Shown here piece by piece: positions 1 to 11,454 of a DNA stretch of 64,000 nucleotides (position 1 is its first letter; the number at the start of each line of letters is the position of its first letter). Source of the stretch: Sulfurospirillaceae bacterium (GTDB taxonomy: Bacteria; Campylobacterota; Campylobacteria; Campylobacterales; Sulfurospirillaceae). The stretch is from contig JAWVXD010000001.1 of the NCBI GenBank assembly GCA_033723415.1, positions 32,001 through 96,000 of the forward strand. The letters are read 5' to 3'. The notes below the pieces were generated by a model that saw nothing but the letters and a program-made list of their open reading frames with translations, had not been told where the DNA came from and ran no database searches. A program made the position numbers and the translations under genes.

Positions 1-1705
1 TGAAGAATTGGCATTGCAAAATGCTGTCAAAACTGAGGATTTGATCCCTCTTAGAGGCTCAATCTTAGATATCCACGGTAAGCCTTTGTCCGTAAATAAA
101 TTGGGATTTTCTGTAGGTATAGCACCAGGGCTTAGCTCTTCTAAGAAGATAAAAAAGCTTGATAAAGAGTTAAAATTTTTAAAATCGACTTTGCCTTCAA
201 TTGACATAGAAAAACTAAAAAAAACTTATCTAAAAAAAGACTCCCCTTATTCTCATGATTTTGTAAAAGTCATAGATTTTATAGCATATGATGACATTAT
301 AAAGAGTTTTACCAAAATATCTTTACATAAGAATTTGAAGATTGCGATTTCGTCAAAAAGATACTATCCATATAGTGATTTGGCTTCTCATGTTATAGGA
401 TATGTCGGTAAGTCAAATTTAAAAGAGATGGAGCATGACAAGATTGCAAAATTGACTGAATATGTTGGTAAAACCGGAATAGAAAAATATTATAATAAGG
501 CATTAGAAGGAAATGCAGGTATTAAAAAAACAAATGTTACGGCATTTAATGTAGAACTTGACGTATTGGAGAAAAAATTACCGACCAGCCAAAATGTAAG
601 ATTGACATTGGATATAGGTTTACAAAAGTATATATCTGATCTTTTTAAAGGCAAAAGCGGCGCTTTGGTAGTAATGAATGCAAAAAATGGCAAAATACTG
701 GCAGCAGGTAGTTTCCCGGAGTATAATTTAAATAATTTCGTAAGCGGAATTTCAGAGCAGGAATGGCTAGATTTATCAAGCGATTTTAATCATCCTTTTA
801 CAAATAAACTAATAAGCGGACTTTATCCACCAGGTTCAACTATAAAGATGGGTGTTGCACTTTCATTTTTAGAATCAGGGCTGATAACTGCAAAAAGTAC
901 GATTTTTGATACAGGCAGCGTAGAGCTTGGAAACAGAAAGTTTAGAGACTGGAAGAAAAACGGGCATGGGACGGTTGATCTTCGAAAAGCCATCAAAGAA
1001 AGTTGTGATACCTATTTTTATGACGGTAGTTTAAAGGTAGGTATTGATAGGATAACCCCTGTTTTAGAAAGACTTGGATTTGGGAAAAAAACCGGCATTG
1101 ATCTTCCAAATGAGTTTGTTGGCACAGTACCTGGTCGAGCTTGGAAAATGAATAAATATCAAAAGCCTTGGTATCAAGGCGAAACTTTGATTACTTCTAT
1201 AGGTCAGGGATATTTTTTGGTGACTCCAATGCAGATTGCTAGATATACGGCCTTGATCGCTACAGGATATGGGATAACGCCACATTTTGTAGATAGTATA
1301 GGCGGTTTAAATATTGTATATGGACAAGATCATACTATTATGAGCCATAGAGACAAAAGATATCTGAGAGACATAAGAGAAGGTATGTATGAAGTGGCAA
1401 ACGTTGCACATGGAACAGCCTTTTATCATATCCACACCAAATTCAAAATAGCTGCTAAAACAGGAACTGCACAAGTTGTCGGCATACCACAAAGTGAGAA
1501 AAAAAGGATGAAAGAAAATGAGCTGGAATATTACCACAGATCACATGCCTGGCTTACAACATATGGACCATATAAGGATCCGCAATATGTTGTGACGGCT
1601 ATTGTCGAGCATGGTGGACACGGCGGCTCTGCCGCAGGTGCGATCGTTTCTAAGATCTACAATAAACTCTTGGAATTAAAATATATCAAACTCAAAAAAC
1701 ATTGA
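1..1705 (+). CDS. mrdA: Penicillin-binding protein 2 (5' end probably before the window)
   Basis: PLRGSI dimerisation-domain start, PGSTIK (SxxK), SCD (SxN variant), KTGTAQ; N-terminal TM helix is absent, so truncated by the window edge. Confidence 0.93.
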   Translation, partial: EELALQNAVKTEDLIPLRGSILDIHGKPLSVNKLGFSVGIAPGLSSSKKIKKLDKELKFLKSTLPSIDIEKLKKTYLKKDSPYSHDFVKVIDFIAYDDIIKSFTKISLHKNLKIAISSKRYYPYSDLASHVIGYVGKSNLKEMEHDKIAKLTEYVGKTGIEKYYNKALEGNAGIKKTNVTAFNVELDVLEKKLPTSQNVRLTLDIGLQKYISDLFKGKSGALVVMNAKNGKILAAGSFPEYNLNNFVSGISEQEWLDLSSDFNHPFTNKLISGLYPPGSTIKMGVALSFLESGLITAKSTIFDTGSVELGNRKFRDWKKNGHGTVDLRKAIKESCDTYFYDGSLKVGIDRITPVLERLGFGKKTGIDLPNEFVGTVPGRAWKMNKYQKPWYQGETLITSIGQGYFLVTPMQIARYTALIATGYGITPHFVDSIGGLNIVYGQDHTIMSHRDKRYLRDIREGMYEVANVAHGTAFYHIHTKFKIAAKTGTAQVVGIPQSEKKRMKENELEYYHRSHAWLTTYGPYKDPQYVVTAIVEHGGHGGSAAGAIVSKIYNKLLELKYIKLKKH

Positions 1706-2636
1706 ATGAGTTCGCTATCATCAATAGCAGTACACTCAATAACAATATTCCCGAAGACTTGTTATAAAATTTATTTGCAGAGATAAAGACTAAAAGAGTA
1801 GCGGATACAAAAACACACAATATATCAAATCCATTTTTAAATAAATTTATATGTAATGGATTAACTATAGAAGCCGTTCCTAGAACAACGGCAAAATTTG
1901 CAACATTACTTCCGATGATATTACCTATAGCCATATCTATATTTTTCTTTTTTACAGCCAGTATACTTACAACAAGCTCAGGTAAACTTGTGCCAAGCGC
2001 TATGAGCAACAAACCTATGACCCACTCGCTGGTTCCTAAGTCTCTTGCTATTTGAGAAGCTGAGGATATAGTATATTTTGCACCTACTATTATGAAAAAA
2101 AATCCTGCTATCAAAAGAACAATAGTCTTGCCCCAGGCAAATTTTTCTTTTACAATGTCAGTGTCAATTACACTTTTAAACGTTGCCGAATCGGCTTTTA
2201 AGAAAAATAGATAAGCAACCATCATAAGCAATAAAATAATGCCGTCAAATCTGCTTATAATACCGTCATATGAAACAAGTAAAAAATATATCGGAGGTAT
2301 TAATATCCAAGCACTGTCGTATCTAAAGATGTCTCTTTTCGGCATGATGTCTTTTGATATAAAAAAGATAATTCCTAATATCAAAGAAATATTTATCGTA
2401 TTGCTTCCTAAAACATTGGATATGGCCAAATCTGATTTGTGTTGTAAACTTGCCGTTACCGAAGCAGCCATTTCAGGTAGGCTGGTACCAAGACCTATAA
2501 GCGTAGCGCCAATTACAAAAGAGGATATATTGAAGTGTAGAGCTATTTTCTCAGATTGTATTATTATGTGATTAGCTCCATATATAAGAGATGTCATAGA
2601 TAATATAAAAATCAAATATTCTATATAGTGGATCAT
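1692..2636 (-). CDS. Calcium/sodium antiporter (YrbG-like)
   Basis: Two GTSLPE...GSN alpha repeats, multi-TM. Confidence 0.9.
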   Translation of the reverse strand: MIHYIEYLIFILSMTSLIYGANHIIIQSEKIALHFNISSFVIGATLIGLGTSLPEMAASVTASLQHKSDLAISNVLGSNTINISLILGIIFFISKDIMPKRDIFRYDSAWILIPPIYFLLVSYDGIISRFDGIILLLMMVAYLFFLKADSATFKSVIDTDIVKEKFAWGKTIVLLIAGFFFIIVGAKYTISSASQIARDLGTSEWVIGLLLIALGTSLPELVVSILAVKKKNIDMAIGNIIGSNVANFAVVLGTASIVNPLHINLFKNGFDILCVFVSATLLVFISANKFYNKSSGILLLSVLLLMIANSFNVF

Positions 2637-3052
2637 CCTTCGACTCTTACTATTAAACTTTTTGGCAAGTTAAATTTTTTTATGGTCTCTTCTTCCATTG
2701 CTCTCATTTCACCGTTATCATTGTCATGATCATATCCTAAAAGGTGTAACAGTCCGTGAATAAAAAGTAATGCTACTTCTTCTTTTTGGGAGTGAGCAGA
2801 TTCAATACAGGCTTCATAAACTTTTTTTTCATTTATGACTATACTTCCAAGAGGTACGTGAGGCATCTGTTCTAGGGGGAAACTAAGTACGTCAGTGCTT
2901 TTATCTATCCCTCTGGTTTGTTTGTTTAGATTTTTCATCTCATCGTCGTTTATAATCGCAAGTTCTATCTCTTTGTCTGTAAAATTTTCAGCGATTTTAT
3001 TGAGTAGATCGATATCAATTTCACATTTTGTATCGTTGTCTATGGAAACCAT
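2633..3052 (-). CDS. ybeY: rRNA maturation RNase YbeY
   Basis: TDVLSFP and [11 protein letters not shown] motifs. Confidence 0.95.
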   Translation of the reverse strand: MVSIDNDTKCEIDIDLLNKIAENFTDKEIELAIINDDEMKNLNKQTRGIDKSTDVLSFPLEQMPHVPLGSIVINEKKVYEACIESAHSQKEEVALLFIHGLLHLLGYDHDNDNGEMRAMEEETIKKFNLPKSLIVRVEG

Positions 3053-4047
3053 TAAAAAAGACCTCCCGTTTTTATTTTACTACTTCTAAATATATCATGA
3101 TAGTCTTTGATATTTCCAAAAACCAATGCATATCTATATGTTTCTTTTAGCTTTTCTTCTAACTCGCTCTTTGTTGTGAAGAGATAGATGTTTTTATAAC
3201 TTTTAAAATAATTGCTATATCTTTTAGGTGCACAAACGATAGTATCGTTTGTAAAATTATGAAGATATCTCATCTCAAGATCAATATAGTCTATATTTTT
3301 CTCAAAGATCACTGCTTTTGTTGCTTGTCCAAACTCTTTTTTGTTTAATTTACTATCGGTAAAAACCGGCACAAAATGTTTTGACATAGATGCTGAGTGA
3401 AAATCACCGAGAATTTTGTTTTCTTTGGCAAATTCGACTACTTTACAAAAATATTTTATAAAAATATTTGGTATTTTAATATCTTGATAAAATATTTCAT
3501 CATAAACAAAAGATGAGTAAAAAGGACTTTTTGGTTTAAAAGATTGTATTGAAGAGATATCCTTTATAGTATCACAAACAGGATCTATACTGTGTGCCAG
3601 TCTTTCATCACTACAAGTATACTTTACATTTTCGCCGTTTTTAGTGATGATAAGCAATGTCTTATAAACGTTAGGAAGAAGTTTCTCGTATGTCTTGTGT
3701 TTGATTATACTGTGAAAAATCTCTTCAGATATATCATCCAAGAAAAGAAGAGAACAATTTTTTCGACTAAACTCATAACGTGATAATTTTATACAGGCAA
3801 GTCTAAGAGAATCGACTTCAATCCATGCAATTTCATTGTCGGTAATATTTGTTATGTTCTCAGATACTATAGCATAAGCACCGTTTTCTATAGCTGTTTT
3901 TTGATTTTGCGTGGAATTGTTTACATCCAAAAACAAATCACCTCGTTCTATATTGTCAGGATTTATTCTAAAATAGTTTATATAATCAACTGATGGGAAA
4001 TTTTGCAATTTCCCATCTATAATCTTAGTAATATCTTCTATTCTCAT
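3052..4047 (-). CDS. Conserved Campylobacterota hypothetical protein (N-terminus resembles a Mur-ligase N domain)
   Basis: 331-aa ORF translationally coupled between metG and ybeY; GDLF...[10 protein letters not shown] segment. Confidence 0.65.
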   Translation of the reverse strand: MRIEDITKIIDGKLQNFPSVDYINYFRINPDNIERGDLFLDVNNSTQNQKTAIENGAYAIVSENITNITDNEIAWIEVDSLRLACIKLSRYEFSRKNCSLLFLDDISEEIFHSIIKHKTYEKLLPNVYKTLLIITKNGENVKYTCSDERLAHSIDPVCDTIKDISSIQSFKPKSPFYSSFVYDEIFYQDIKIPNIFIKYFCKVVEFAKENKILGDFHSASMSKHFVPVFTDSKLNKKEFGQATKAVIFEKNIDYIDLEMRYLHNFTNDTIVCAPKRYSNYFKSYKNIYLFTTKSELEEKLKETYRYALVFGNIKDYHDIFRSSKIKTGGLF

Positions 4048-5966
4048 CCAATATTAGAACCGTTTGATTTTTTACTCTCTGGTCTCATCAGTGATAAGCC
4101 GTCTTTGTCTTTGGCTGCCAGAAGCATACCTTCACTCATCAATCCCATGATTTTCGCAGGTTTTAGGTTAGCTACTAAGGCTATTTGAGTATTTATAAGT
4201 GACTCAGGACTATAATACTCCTTTATTCCTGCTATGACTTGTCTAGGTTTCTCTTCGCCTATGTCAACCTGCAATTTTAGAAGTTTGTTACTTTGTGGGA
4301 CTTCCTCGGCCTCTAAAATAGTACCGATTTTTAGCTTTGTCTCAAAAAACTGATCTATAGTGATAATAGATGCTTCTTGTTTGTCTACTTTGGCTGTTTG
4401 TTCAACTTTTGTACTAGGTTCAGGAGCAGCCAAAAGTTCAGTCTCGACTTTTGGGAACAGCGGAGGAACTTTCTCTATCTTAAAATTATCCAACAATGCA
4501 TTGTCTTCGATAAATTTTACATAAGAAGAGTGATTGATCTCAAAGTTTAAAGCTTTTGCAATTTTCTCTGTAGTTCTAGGCATAACTGGGTGTAAGAGAA
4601 TAGAAACTTTTGCTAATATATTTGCTACAGTCGCAACCGTTGCCAGTGCAAAATCAACATTTCCTTCCTTCATCTTTACCCAAGGCTCATAAATTGTTAT
4701 AGATTGATTTGCTATTGTGAGTGCTTTCCATAGCTCTTCTAAAAATCTGTTCGTTTGTAGATCTCCAAGCACATTCTCGGCATTTCTTATAATCTCCACA
4801 GCACTTGATATCTCTTTGTCATGATATTTTAAAACATCTGAAGAAGAGATCTTAAAATCACTGTACTTGCCGCTCATTCCTATAATTCTATTTAGAAGAT
4901 TTCCTAGTTCATTGCTCAGATCGGAGTTGATCCTGTCTATGAGAGCTTTTTGTGAAAAATCTCCGTCTTGTCCAAAAGGTACTTCTCTAAGCATAAAATA
5001 TCTAAAGTTCTCTAATCCGTAAGCATCGGCTACTTCTTTTGGATTTACGACATTTCCTTTTGACTTGCTCATCTTCTCACCATTTCTAGTCCACCAGCCG
5101 TGAGCTGCAACATGTTTTGGCAGAGGTAGTCCCAAACTCATCAAAAATGCCGGCCAGTAAATTGCGTGAAAACGCAATATGTCTTTTCCGACCAATTGGA
5201 CCGTAGCAGGCCAAAAATCCATATTTTTTTGATCGCTTCCGTATCCAAGAGCAGTTATATAGTTTAAAAGTGCATCAAGCCATACATACATGACATGCTT
5301 TGGATCATCCATCTCAGGCGGTAACTTTACTCCCCAATCAAAGCTTGTTCTAGTAATCGAAAGATCTCTTAGACCCTGTTTGACAAAACTAATGACTTCG
5401 CTTTTTTTACCCTTTGGCAGTACACATTTTTCATCATCTTCGTACCATTTTAAAAGCTTCTCTTGGTAGTTTGAAAGCCTGAAAAAGTAACTATCTTCTT
5501 TTACTATTATCGTTTCTTTCCCACAATCAGGGCATAGATTTTCATCTATAAGCTGTGTGTCAGTAAAAAATGTTTCGCAGCTTACGCAGTAATGACCTTC
5601 ATATTGACCTTTGTAAATATCTCCATTGTCAAACATAGTCTTAAAAGCTTTTTGCACGCCGATTTTATGCTCGGTATCCGTAGTCCTTATAAACTTATCG
5701 TAACTGATTTCAAATTCATCCCAAAGATTTTTAAATTTTCCACTGATCTCATCGGCATAATCTTGTGGAGTTCTATTTCGTATTCGTGCTGCTTCTTCTA
5801 TCTTTTGCCCATGTTCATCCGTTCCGGTCAAGAAAAAGGTTTCATAACCTTTTAGTCTATAGTATCTAGCCATTGTATCGGCTATGATAGTAGTATAAGC
5901 ATGACCGATATGTGGCACATCGTTGACATAATATATCGGTGTAGTAACGTATGCTTTTTTATTCAT
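4044..5966 (-). CDS. metG: Methionine--tRNA ligase with C-terminal tRNA-binding domain
   Basis: TTPIYYVN, HIGH, KMSKS, Zn knuckle, C-terminal EMAP/Trbp domain. Confidence 0.97.
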   Translation of the reverse strand: MNKKAYVTTPIYYVNDVPHIGHAYTTIIADTMARYYRLKGYETFFLTGTDEHGQKIEEAARIRNRTPQDYADEISGKFKNLWDEFEISYDKFIRTTDTEHKIGVQKAFKTMFDNGDIYKGQYEGHYCVSCETFFTDTQLIDENLCPDCGKETIIVKEDSYFFRLSNYQEKLLKWYEDDEKCVLPKGKKSEVISFVKQGLRDLSITRTSFDWGVKLPPEMDDPKHVMYVWLDALLNYITALGYGSDQKNMDFWPATVQLVGKDILRFHAIYWPAFLMSLGLPLPKHVAAHGWWTRNGEKMSKSKGNVVNPKEVADAYGLENFRYFMLREVPFGQDGDFSQKALIDRINSDLSNELGNLLNRIIGMSGKYSDFKISSSDVLKYHDKEISSAVEIIRNAENVLGDLQTNRFLEELWKALTIANQSITIYEPWVKMKEGNVDFALATVATVANILAKVSILLHPVMPRTTEKIAKALNFEINHSSYVKFIEDNALLDNFKIEKVPPLFPKVETELLAAPEPSTKVEQTAKVDKQEASIITIDQFFETKLKIGTILEAEEVPQSNKLLKLQVDIGEEKPRQVIAGIKEYYSPESLINTQIALVANLKPAKIMGLMSEGMLLAAKDKDGLSLMRPESKKSNGSNIG

Positions 5967-6043
5967 CTAAATTTTCCTTTCTTAAGCTAAACAAGTTTAA
6001 TAATCACAGCAAAACTTCACAGATTTGGCGGTGACATGTTATT

Positions 6044-6238
6044 TTAAAATTCAAAACCGCCGGTTTCACCTTTGGACATACTGTTATAAACGGCAGCTAC
6101 ATATGATTTTCTAATCTCACAATCAAATAACTTTTCACAATCCATACAACTTTTCATATTTAAACTTTCATGACAATCTTCCAAAGCTTTTTTTGCAATG
6201 TCAAGTTCTTGGTCATATATGCTTTTTTCTTCACTCAT
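6044..6238 (-). CDS. Small conserved Cys-rich hypothetical protein
   Basis: 64 aa with CxxC and C-terminal GGFEF; lies between fbp and metG as in other Campylobacterota. Confidence 0.75.
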   Translation of the reverse strand: MSEEKSIYDQELDIAKKALEDCHESLNMKSCMDCEKLFDCEIRKSYVAAVYNSMSKGETGGFEF

Positions 6239-7070
6239 AGTATTTGATCACCTTAGAGATCTCATCTTTTGAACCAAAAAAGCATGGTGTAGTGTCATGT
6301 GGATGTGATGGTACAAGATCCAAAATTCTTTTTCCGTTTTCATCTATCGCTCTACCACCGGCTTTTTCAAATACAAAGGCAAAAGGAAAAACTTCAAATA
6401 TCATCCTGAGTTTTCCTTTTGGGGTATCTGTCGTGCCTGGATATGAAAACAATCCGCCGCCTTTTAAAAGTATTTGGTGAAGGTCAGGTACCATGCCTCC
6501 TGAATATCTCAGTCTATAACCATCTTGAAAAATATCGTCTATAAGTTTTTTGTGATGCTTCGGCCATCCTTTTTGAGTGCCGCCTGAGGCATTTAGTTTG
6601 CCTTTTTCTTTTAGTTTAATATCATGCATATATACGAATTCATTATTTTTATTTAATCTATACATCTTTACGTCGCTATCAGCAATAACAAGTTCAACTC
6701 TAGGACCGTATACAACATAAACTGCCGCTTTAAGATCTGCACCGTTGTAGCCGTTTTCATAAATACCAAAAATAGATCCAACGCTTAGATTTACATCGAT
6801 TAAGCTGGAACCGTCAAGTGGATCATAACCTACAGTATAAATTCCATCACTGTGAAGTAGTGTTTTATCTTCTTTTTCTTCGCTGATAATCTCTTTGATG
6901 CAAGAAATTTTTTGAAATTCATCTTCTATGACAAGATCACTTTTGATATCTATTTTGAGTTGTGTATCACCGGTACTGTTTGTGGATGTAGAGTATCCCG
7001 TATCATCAAATTCTATTAGTTCTCTAATTCTTATAGCTGATCTTTTAATAGCTTCGTATATTTCTTGCAT
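6231..7070 (-). CDS. fbp: Fructose-1,6-bisphosphatase class 1
   Basis: [20 protein letters not shown] motifs. Confidence 0.95.
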   Translation of the reverse strand: MQEIYEAIKRSAIRIRELIEFDDTGYSTSTNSTGDTQLKIDIKSDLVIEDEFQKISCIKEIISEEKEDKTLLHSDGIYTVGYDPLDGSSLIDVNLSVGSIFGIYENGYNGADLKAAVYVVYGPRVELVIADSDVKMYRLNKNNEFVYMHDIKLKEKGKLNASGGTQKGWPKHHKKLIDDIFQDGYRLRYSGGMVPDLHQILLKGGGLFSYPGTTDTPKGKLRMIFEVFPFAFVFEKAGGRAIDENGKRILDLVPSHPHDTTPCFFGSKDEISKVIKYYE

Positions 7071-7080
7071 TTCTTGACCT

Positions 7081-7578
7081 TTATTTTACTTTTTTTGCAT
7101 TTTCAAGAATCCATTCTATGATTGGATCTATATCGTTTAGATCAAAAATTTTAATATCTTTTGGCACGTCATAATCATTTAGATCAATGCTGTCATCAAT
7201 AGCAATTGCATTTGAATATTTAAAATAGCTTTCATCTAGTTTATTTCTAAAGATAGATATTCTAGGCAGAGGCAGAGTCTTCAGTCCTTCTACCATCAGA
7301 AGATCAAATTCTCCTATAGTTCTTATTATCTCATTCAGGTCTTTCCTTTTTTGAGAAAAAAAGGTAGTTCTGGTAGGAGAAACAACTAAAACTTCTGCAC
7401 CTGTTTGTGCAAATTTCCAACTATCTTTTCCTTCTTGGTCAAAGGTAGCTTTATCTGATGGATCATGTTTTACTATTGCGATCTGGTGCGATTCTTTTAA
7501 TTTATTTGATATTTTCACTATAAGTGAAGTTTTCCCACTGTCCGATGGACCGCTAAAGGCTATTGCTAAGTATTGCAT
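7081..7578 (-). CDS. mobB: Molybdopterin-guanine dinucleotide biosynthesis protein B
   Basis: GPSDSGKT P-loop, KHD, GKDS, VEG motifs. Confidence 0.9.
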   Translation of the reverse strand: MQYLAIAFSGPSDSGKTSLIVKISNKLKESHQIAIVKHDPSDKATFDQEGKDSWKFAQTGAEVLVVSPTRTTFFSQKRKDLNEIIRTIGEFDLLMVEGLKTLPLPRISIFRNKLDESYFKYSNAIAIDDSIDLNDYDVPKDIKIFDLNDIDPIIEWILENAKKVK

Positions 7579-7738
7579 TTGTCATCTTTATTAATTGATT
7601 TATATTTTTATCTATTTATAAAATATGAGCGATTATATCGAAAATATCTTTAGCTTTTAATGAGTTTGTTACATAAAAAAGTTTATAATCCACAAAAGAG
7701 ACTTGACGAATGAGTCTGTTATACATAATGGAGTTTAC

Positions 7739-8236
7739 ATGAAATATATTTTTTTTATAATTGCCGGCATAATATTTTTGAACGGATGCTCTTATAAACA
7801 TGACAATTTGTATATTGGATCTAAAAAAACTACGGAGCAAGCAGTTGCAAATACAAAAAAAGTTCAGATATTAAAAGACAAAAAACCTATTATTTTCGCC
7901 ACTATTACATATCTTGATTCTATTAAAAACAAAAAATTTGTAGACAAGAATATGGAACAATTTGTTATAGGATTTCATTTTAGAAATTCCGGAACAAAAT
8001 CAAAAAACAATCTTGACTTGAAAGATGTAAATTTCCAAATTGACGGTAAAACGGAAGGAATAAGCGTAATAAAACTAAATTCTGACAGCCCTATATTAAA
8101 GATAATTCCTGCATCAACTCCTTGGAGTCAGTACTTTTTCGTACAAACTTCAAGGATTCCTAAAAATATCATAAAATTCAGTTTTCAAATTCATCCCTAC
8201 GCTTGGGAGTCATTAGATTTTGAGAAAGACTTTTAA
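7739..8236 (+). CDS. Putative lipoprotein
   Basis: ATG at 7739 after GGAG; lipobox FLNGC. Confidence 0.75.
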   Translation: MKYIFFIIAGIIFLNGCSYKHDNLYIGSKKTTEQAVANTKKVQILKDKKPIIFATITYLDSIKNKKFVDKNMEQFVIGFHFRNSGTKSKNNLDLKDVNFQIDGKTEGISVIKLNSDSPILKIIPASTPWSQYFFVQTSRIPKNIIKFSFQIHPYAWESLDFEKDF

Positions 8237-9800
8237 ACGAAACACTTCTGCCCAAAAGTTGTGAGTAGATTATATAGTTTGCCAAGACTTTTTTCCCGTA
8301 TCTTCTGCTCTCAGAGTATGGGATCAACTCCATGCTTAAGTATGGTTCATACTCGCTTTTTGTGAAAAAATCCCCGGTTTTGAGAAGTCTACGTACAAAG
8401 CCTATACCTCCATTGTAAGCATAAGCTATCAAGATTGGATTATGTAGGTATTTGCTTAAGTAATCCAAATGAGTGTTCGCAAAAGAATATGCGATCTTAG
8501 GCTTGAACATATCATCTAGATCAAAGTTCTTTATCTTTTTTTTCTTTGCCATAGCTTTGGCTAGAAACGGCATAAACTGCATCATTCCAAGAGCATATGA
8601 CGTTGATATGGATGCAGGAATAAAACGGCTTTCTTGTCTGCCTAATGCAAGTATTAGTGCTATCCTATCTTTACTATAATTTTCAAGCAGGTTATAAAAC
8701 GGCATTGGAAAATAGCTATGCTCAAACCCATGAGCCCTTTCTTGTAAAAACGAGTACTGCCCTATAGTATTAATATGTCTAAAGTTTGATGATAGTTTAT
8801 CAAGTTGAGTAGTGTTTTTGTCTTTTATCTCTCTCAATAGATTAAGCCATAAAAAAGGATCTTGTATGTCGTAGTTCGCTTTTGCAGTTTTAATCTGTGG
8901 AGATATAATATTTGTGAATTTTTCAGACTTTTTTTCTCTGGCATAGATGGTATAAATGTTTACATCAAAACTCTCTAGTAACTCATCAAGATATTTGTCA
9001 TTTTTTGTTATGAGGTATCTCCAGAAAAGTGTTTTGTCTTTGTCAAATCTATAATAATATTTGTCATAAGCTTTTTCAAACAAATGAATAGCCTTGTTTT
9101 TCTGATTAAATTCAAGTGCGTTTAATCCTAAAAAAAAGATAGAATCGGCATCAAACTTTTTGTTTATATTTACACTGAGCAGAGATTTTTGCAAATTTTT
9201 AAGATCTCTTTGTGTCAAGATTATTTCTATTGTTCTGTTAAAACCTGTCATATGGCTTAATTCATCAATGTCTTCTTTTGATAATGGTTTATCAAACACA
9301 GCACTTCTATTTTTTGCACCGCAAGAGTTAAATATATCTATAAAATCTTTTTTATTTTTTAGTGATTCATCGAAAACATCATCTGAAGAGAGGACTTTTA
9401 AGGTTTCATTGATATCCCTATAACCTTTTAATTCCTTATATAGAGATCTCAATTTGTTTTTATCTAAACTCATAGCATCTCGTACACTAAGTCCTATCGC
9501 AATACATTCACTATCTGTAGCTAATAAAGCGTCTGTTTTTAATTTGAGGCATTTTGAAGCTTTCTTGAAGCCAGAATCGTCTATTCTTTTTGCAAAAGAT
9601 TTAAAAAGCTTTAGATTAACGACCTTGGCTTCACTCAGTAACTTTTCTGCATCATTGCTACTTACGTTTCTTTCATTCAGAAACCTATATATATAATAAT
9701 CTTTTTCTATGCTTTTGGGCACATGATCAAAGAAGGATATATCTTGAGGAAGTTTTGCAAAAAGCAAAACAGGCAATATTAAAGATAACCATATGATCAT
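8178..9800 (-). CDS. slt: Soluble lytic transglycosylase
   Basis: RQESRF, GMMQFMP, AYNGG SLT motifs; signal peptide. Confidence 0.88.
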   Translation of the reverse strand: MIIWLSLILPVLLFAKLPQDISFFDHVPKSIEKDYYIYRFLNERNVSSNDAEKLLSEAKVVNLKLFKSFAKRIDDSGFKKASKCLKLKTDALLATDSECIAIGLSVRDAMSLDKNKLRSLYKELKGYRDINETLKVLSSDDVFDESLKNKKDFIDIFNSCGAKNRSAVFDKPLSKEDIDELSHMTGFNRTIEIILTQRDLKNLQKSLLSVNINKKFDADSIFFLGLNALEFNQKNKAIHLFEKAYDKYYYRFDKDKTLFWRYLITKNDKYLDELLESFDVNIYTIYAREKKSEKFTNIISPQIKTAKANYDIQDPFLWLNLLREIKDKNTTQLDKLSSNFRHINTIGQYSFLQERAHGFEHSYFPMPFYNLLENYSKDRIALILALGRQESRFIPASISTSYALGMMQFMPFLAKAMAKKKKIKNFDLDDMFKPKIAYSFANTHLDYLSKYLHNPILIAYAYNGGIGFVRRLLKTGDFFTKSEYEPYLSMELIPYSESRRYGKKVLANYIIYSQLLGRSVSFKSLSQNLMTPKRRDEFEN

Positions 9801-9810
9801 GCGTTTTTTA

Positions 9811-10107
9811 TTATATAGCATTTGCCAATGAAAAAAGTAATCTTATAGCAAACAGATCTAAAAACTGCAAAGCTAATATAATAATTATAGGAGACAAATC
9901 AATTCCTCCTATAACGGTTGGAATAAACCTTCTGACAAGGGCATATACTGGTTCAGTCAGTCTCGTCAGTACTTGTACGATTGGATTATATGGATCAGGT
10001 CTTACCCAAGTAATCAGAGCAGCTATGATAACAACCCAGATATATATATTTATGACCATATGTAGGATTTGAGCTACAGCTTCAATCAATGTGGATAATA
10101 CTATCAT
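9811..10107 (-). CDS. yggT: YggT family membrane protein
   Basis: WVRPDPYNP...LTEP...GIDLSP. Confidence 0.9.
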   Translation of the reverse strand: MIVLSTLIEAVAQILHMVINIYIWVVIIAALITWVRPDPYNPIVQVLTRLTEPVYALVRRFIPTVIGGIDLSPIIIILALQFLDLFAIRLLFSLANAI

Positions 10108-11267
10108 TTTACGATCTCCTTTATATAATTTTTGATCAATGGATCAATAACAGCGAGTTTTGGTCCATTGTTACTAAATTCTTCATCAATGTTCTTAACC
10201 AGTAAGAGACTATCGATTTTTTCTTTGATCTCTAATATTGTACTTTCTTCTTCCGTATATAACTTTGCAATCTTACCGATTTTTGCATCTTTATATCCGA
10301 TACGTTTTGCTAAATCACTATCATCAAGAAGTAGTATGTGTGATCTGTTAACAAATTTCAATTTGTCAATATCAAACTTTTCAGAAGATTTTGACAGTGA
10401 TTCTATCTCAAACCAATCAAGTGCTTCTTCCAGGGTAAAGATCTCTTTTGGAGTTTTATTCCCAAGGAGTATAAGATAATTGACTATGGCTTCCGGTAAA
10501 TATCCTTGATCTAGCAGCCATTGTACACTGCTGCCATCATCTCTTGCGCTCATCTTCTTCCCATCATTATCTAATATAGCAGGAAGATGTGCATAAGTCA
10601 CACTTTCATTATATCCCAATGATTGTCTGATATGCTCCTGTTTTGGAGTGTTTGAGAGATGATCTTCTCCTCTTATAATATATGTTATACCTTGAAGCAT
10701 ATCATCTATTGCACAGGCAAAATTATATGTAGGATATTTGTCGGTATTCATGATGACAAAACTATCTAAACTCTCTAAACTCTCTTGCTCAAAAGTTAAA
10801 TCACCTTTGACAGCATCGCTAAAAGAGATATCCTGATCTGGTTTTTTTATCCTGATTACAAATGACTTAGTACTTTCCAATATCTCTTTTGAACTTAAAT
10901 TTTCACATTTACCGTCATATTTGTAAGCTTTTGATGATTCTTTTGCCATCTTTTCTTTTGCTTCAAGTTCTTCAGGTGTACAAAAGCACATAAAAGCTTT
11001 TTTTTCATCGAGCATTTTTGAAGCAAATTGTAAGTGGTACTTGAAATTATTACTTTGGTAGTATAAATCATCATAAGATATGCCACAAATTTTGAGAATA
11101 TTTAATATATCTTGATCTTTTCCTTCAATATTCCTTGCCTTGTCTATATCTTCGATTCTCACTATAAATTTATCATTTCTTTGTCTCGCACATATAAAGT
11201 TTATGATAGCAGCCCTAAGGTTGCCTATATGCATATCGCCTGTTGGCGATGGAGAGAATCTAAACAT
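10104..11267 (-). CDS. gltX: Glutamate--tRNA ligase (GluRS2-type paralog), apparently shortened/degenerate
   Basis: RFSPSPTG, HIGN, IRGEDH; KMSAR instead of KMSKR; only 387 aa. Confidence 0.8.
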   Translation of the reverse strand: MFRFSPSPTGDMHIGNLRAAIINFICARQRNDKFIVRIEDIDKARNIEGKDQDILNILKICGISYDDLYYQSNNFKYHLQFASKMLDEKKAFMCFCTPEELEAKEKMAKESSKAYKYDGKCENLSSKEILESTKSFVIRIKKPDQDISFSDAVKGDLTFEQESLESLDSFVIMNTDKYPTYNFACAIDDMLQGITYIIRGEDHLSNTPKQEHIRQSLGYNESVTYAHLPAILDNDGKKMSARDDGSSVQWLLDQGYLPEAIVNYLILLGNKTPKEIFTLEEALDWFEIESLSKSSEKFDIDKLKFVNRSHILLLDDSDLAKRIGYKDAKIGKIAKLYTEEESTILEIKEKIDSLLLVKNIDEEFSNNGPKLAVIDPLIKNYIKEIVK

Positions 11268-11310
11268 TTAAAAATCCCTTGATTTTTTTGATATTTTATC
11301 TAGTTTGGGG

Positions 11311-11454
11311 TTAAAATACTCTTTTGAGGATATCTATAAGCTTTTGAAAAAATGTTTTTTTCCTAGGCTTATAGATTCTTTTTGTCTTTTCAATTAGCCA
11401 ATCCAAGTGCTTTGAAGCTTCTTTTAGATGTATTGGATTAAAATCATTTTGCAT
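11311..11454 (-). CDS. Putative 47-aa basic small protein (not in ORF track)
   Basis: MQNDFNPIHLKEASKHLDWLIEKTKRIYKPRKKTFFQKLIDILKRVF*, start overlaps the stop of the upstream gene and fills the gap. Confidence 0.45.
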   Translation of the reverse strand: MQNDFNPIHLKEASKHLDWLIEKTKRIYKPRKKTFFQKLIDILKRVF

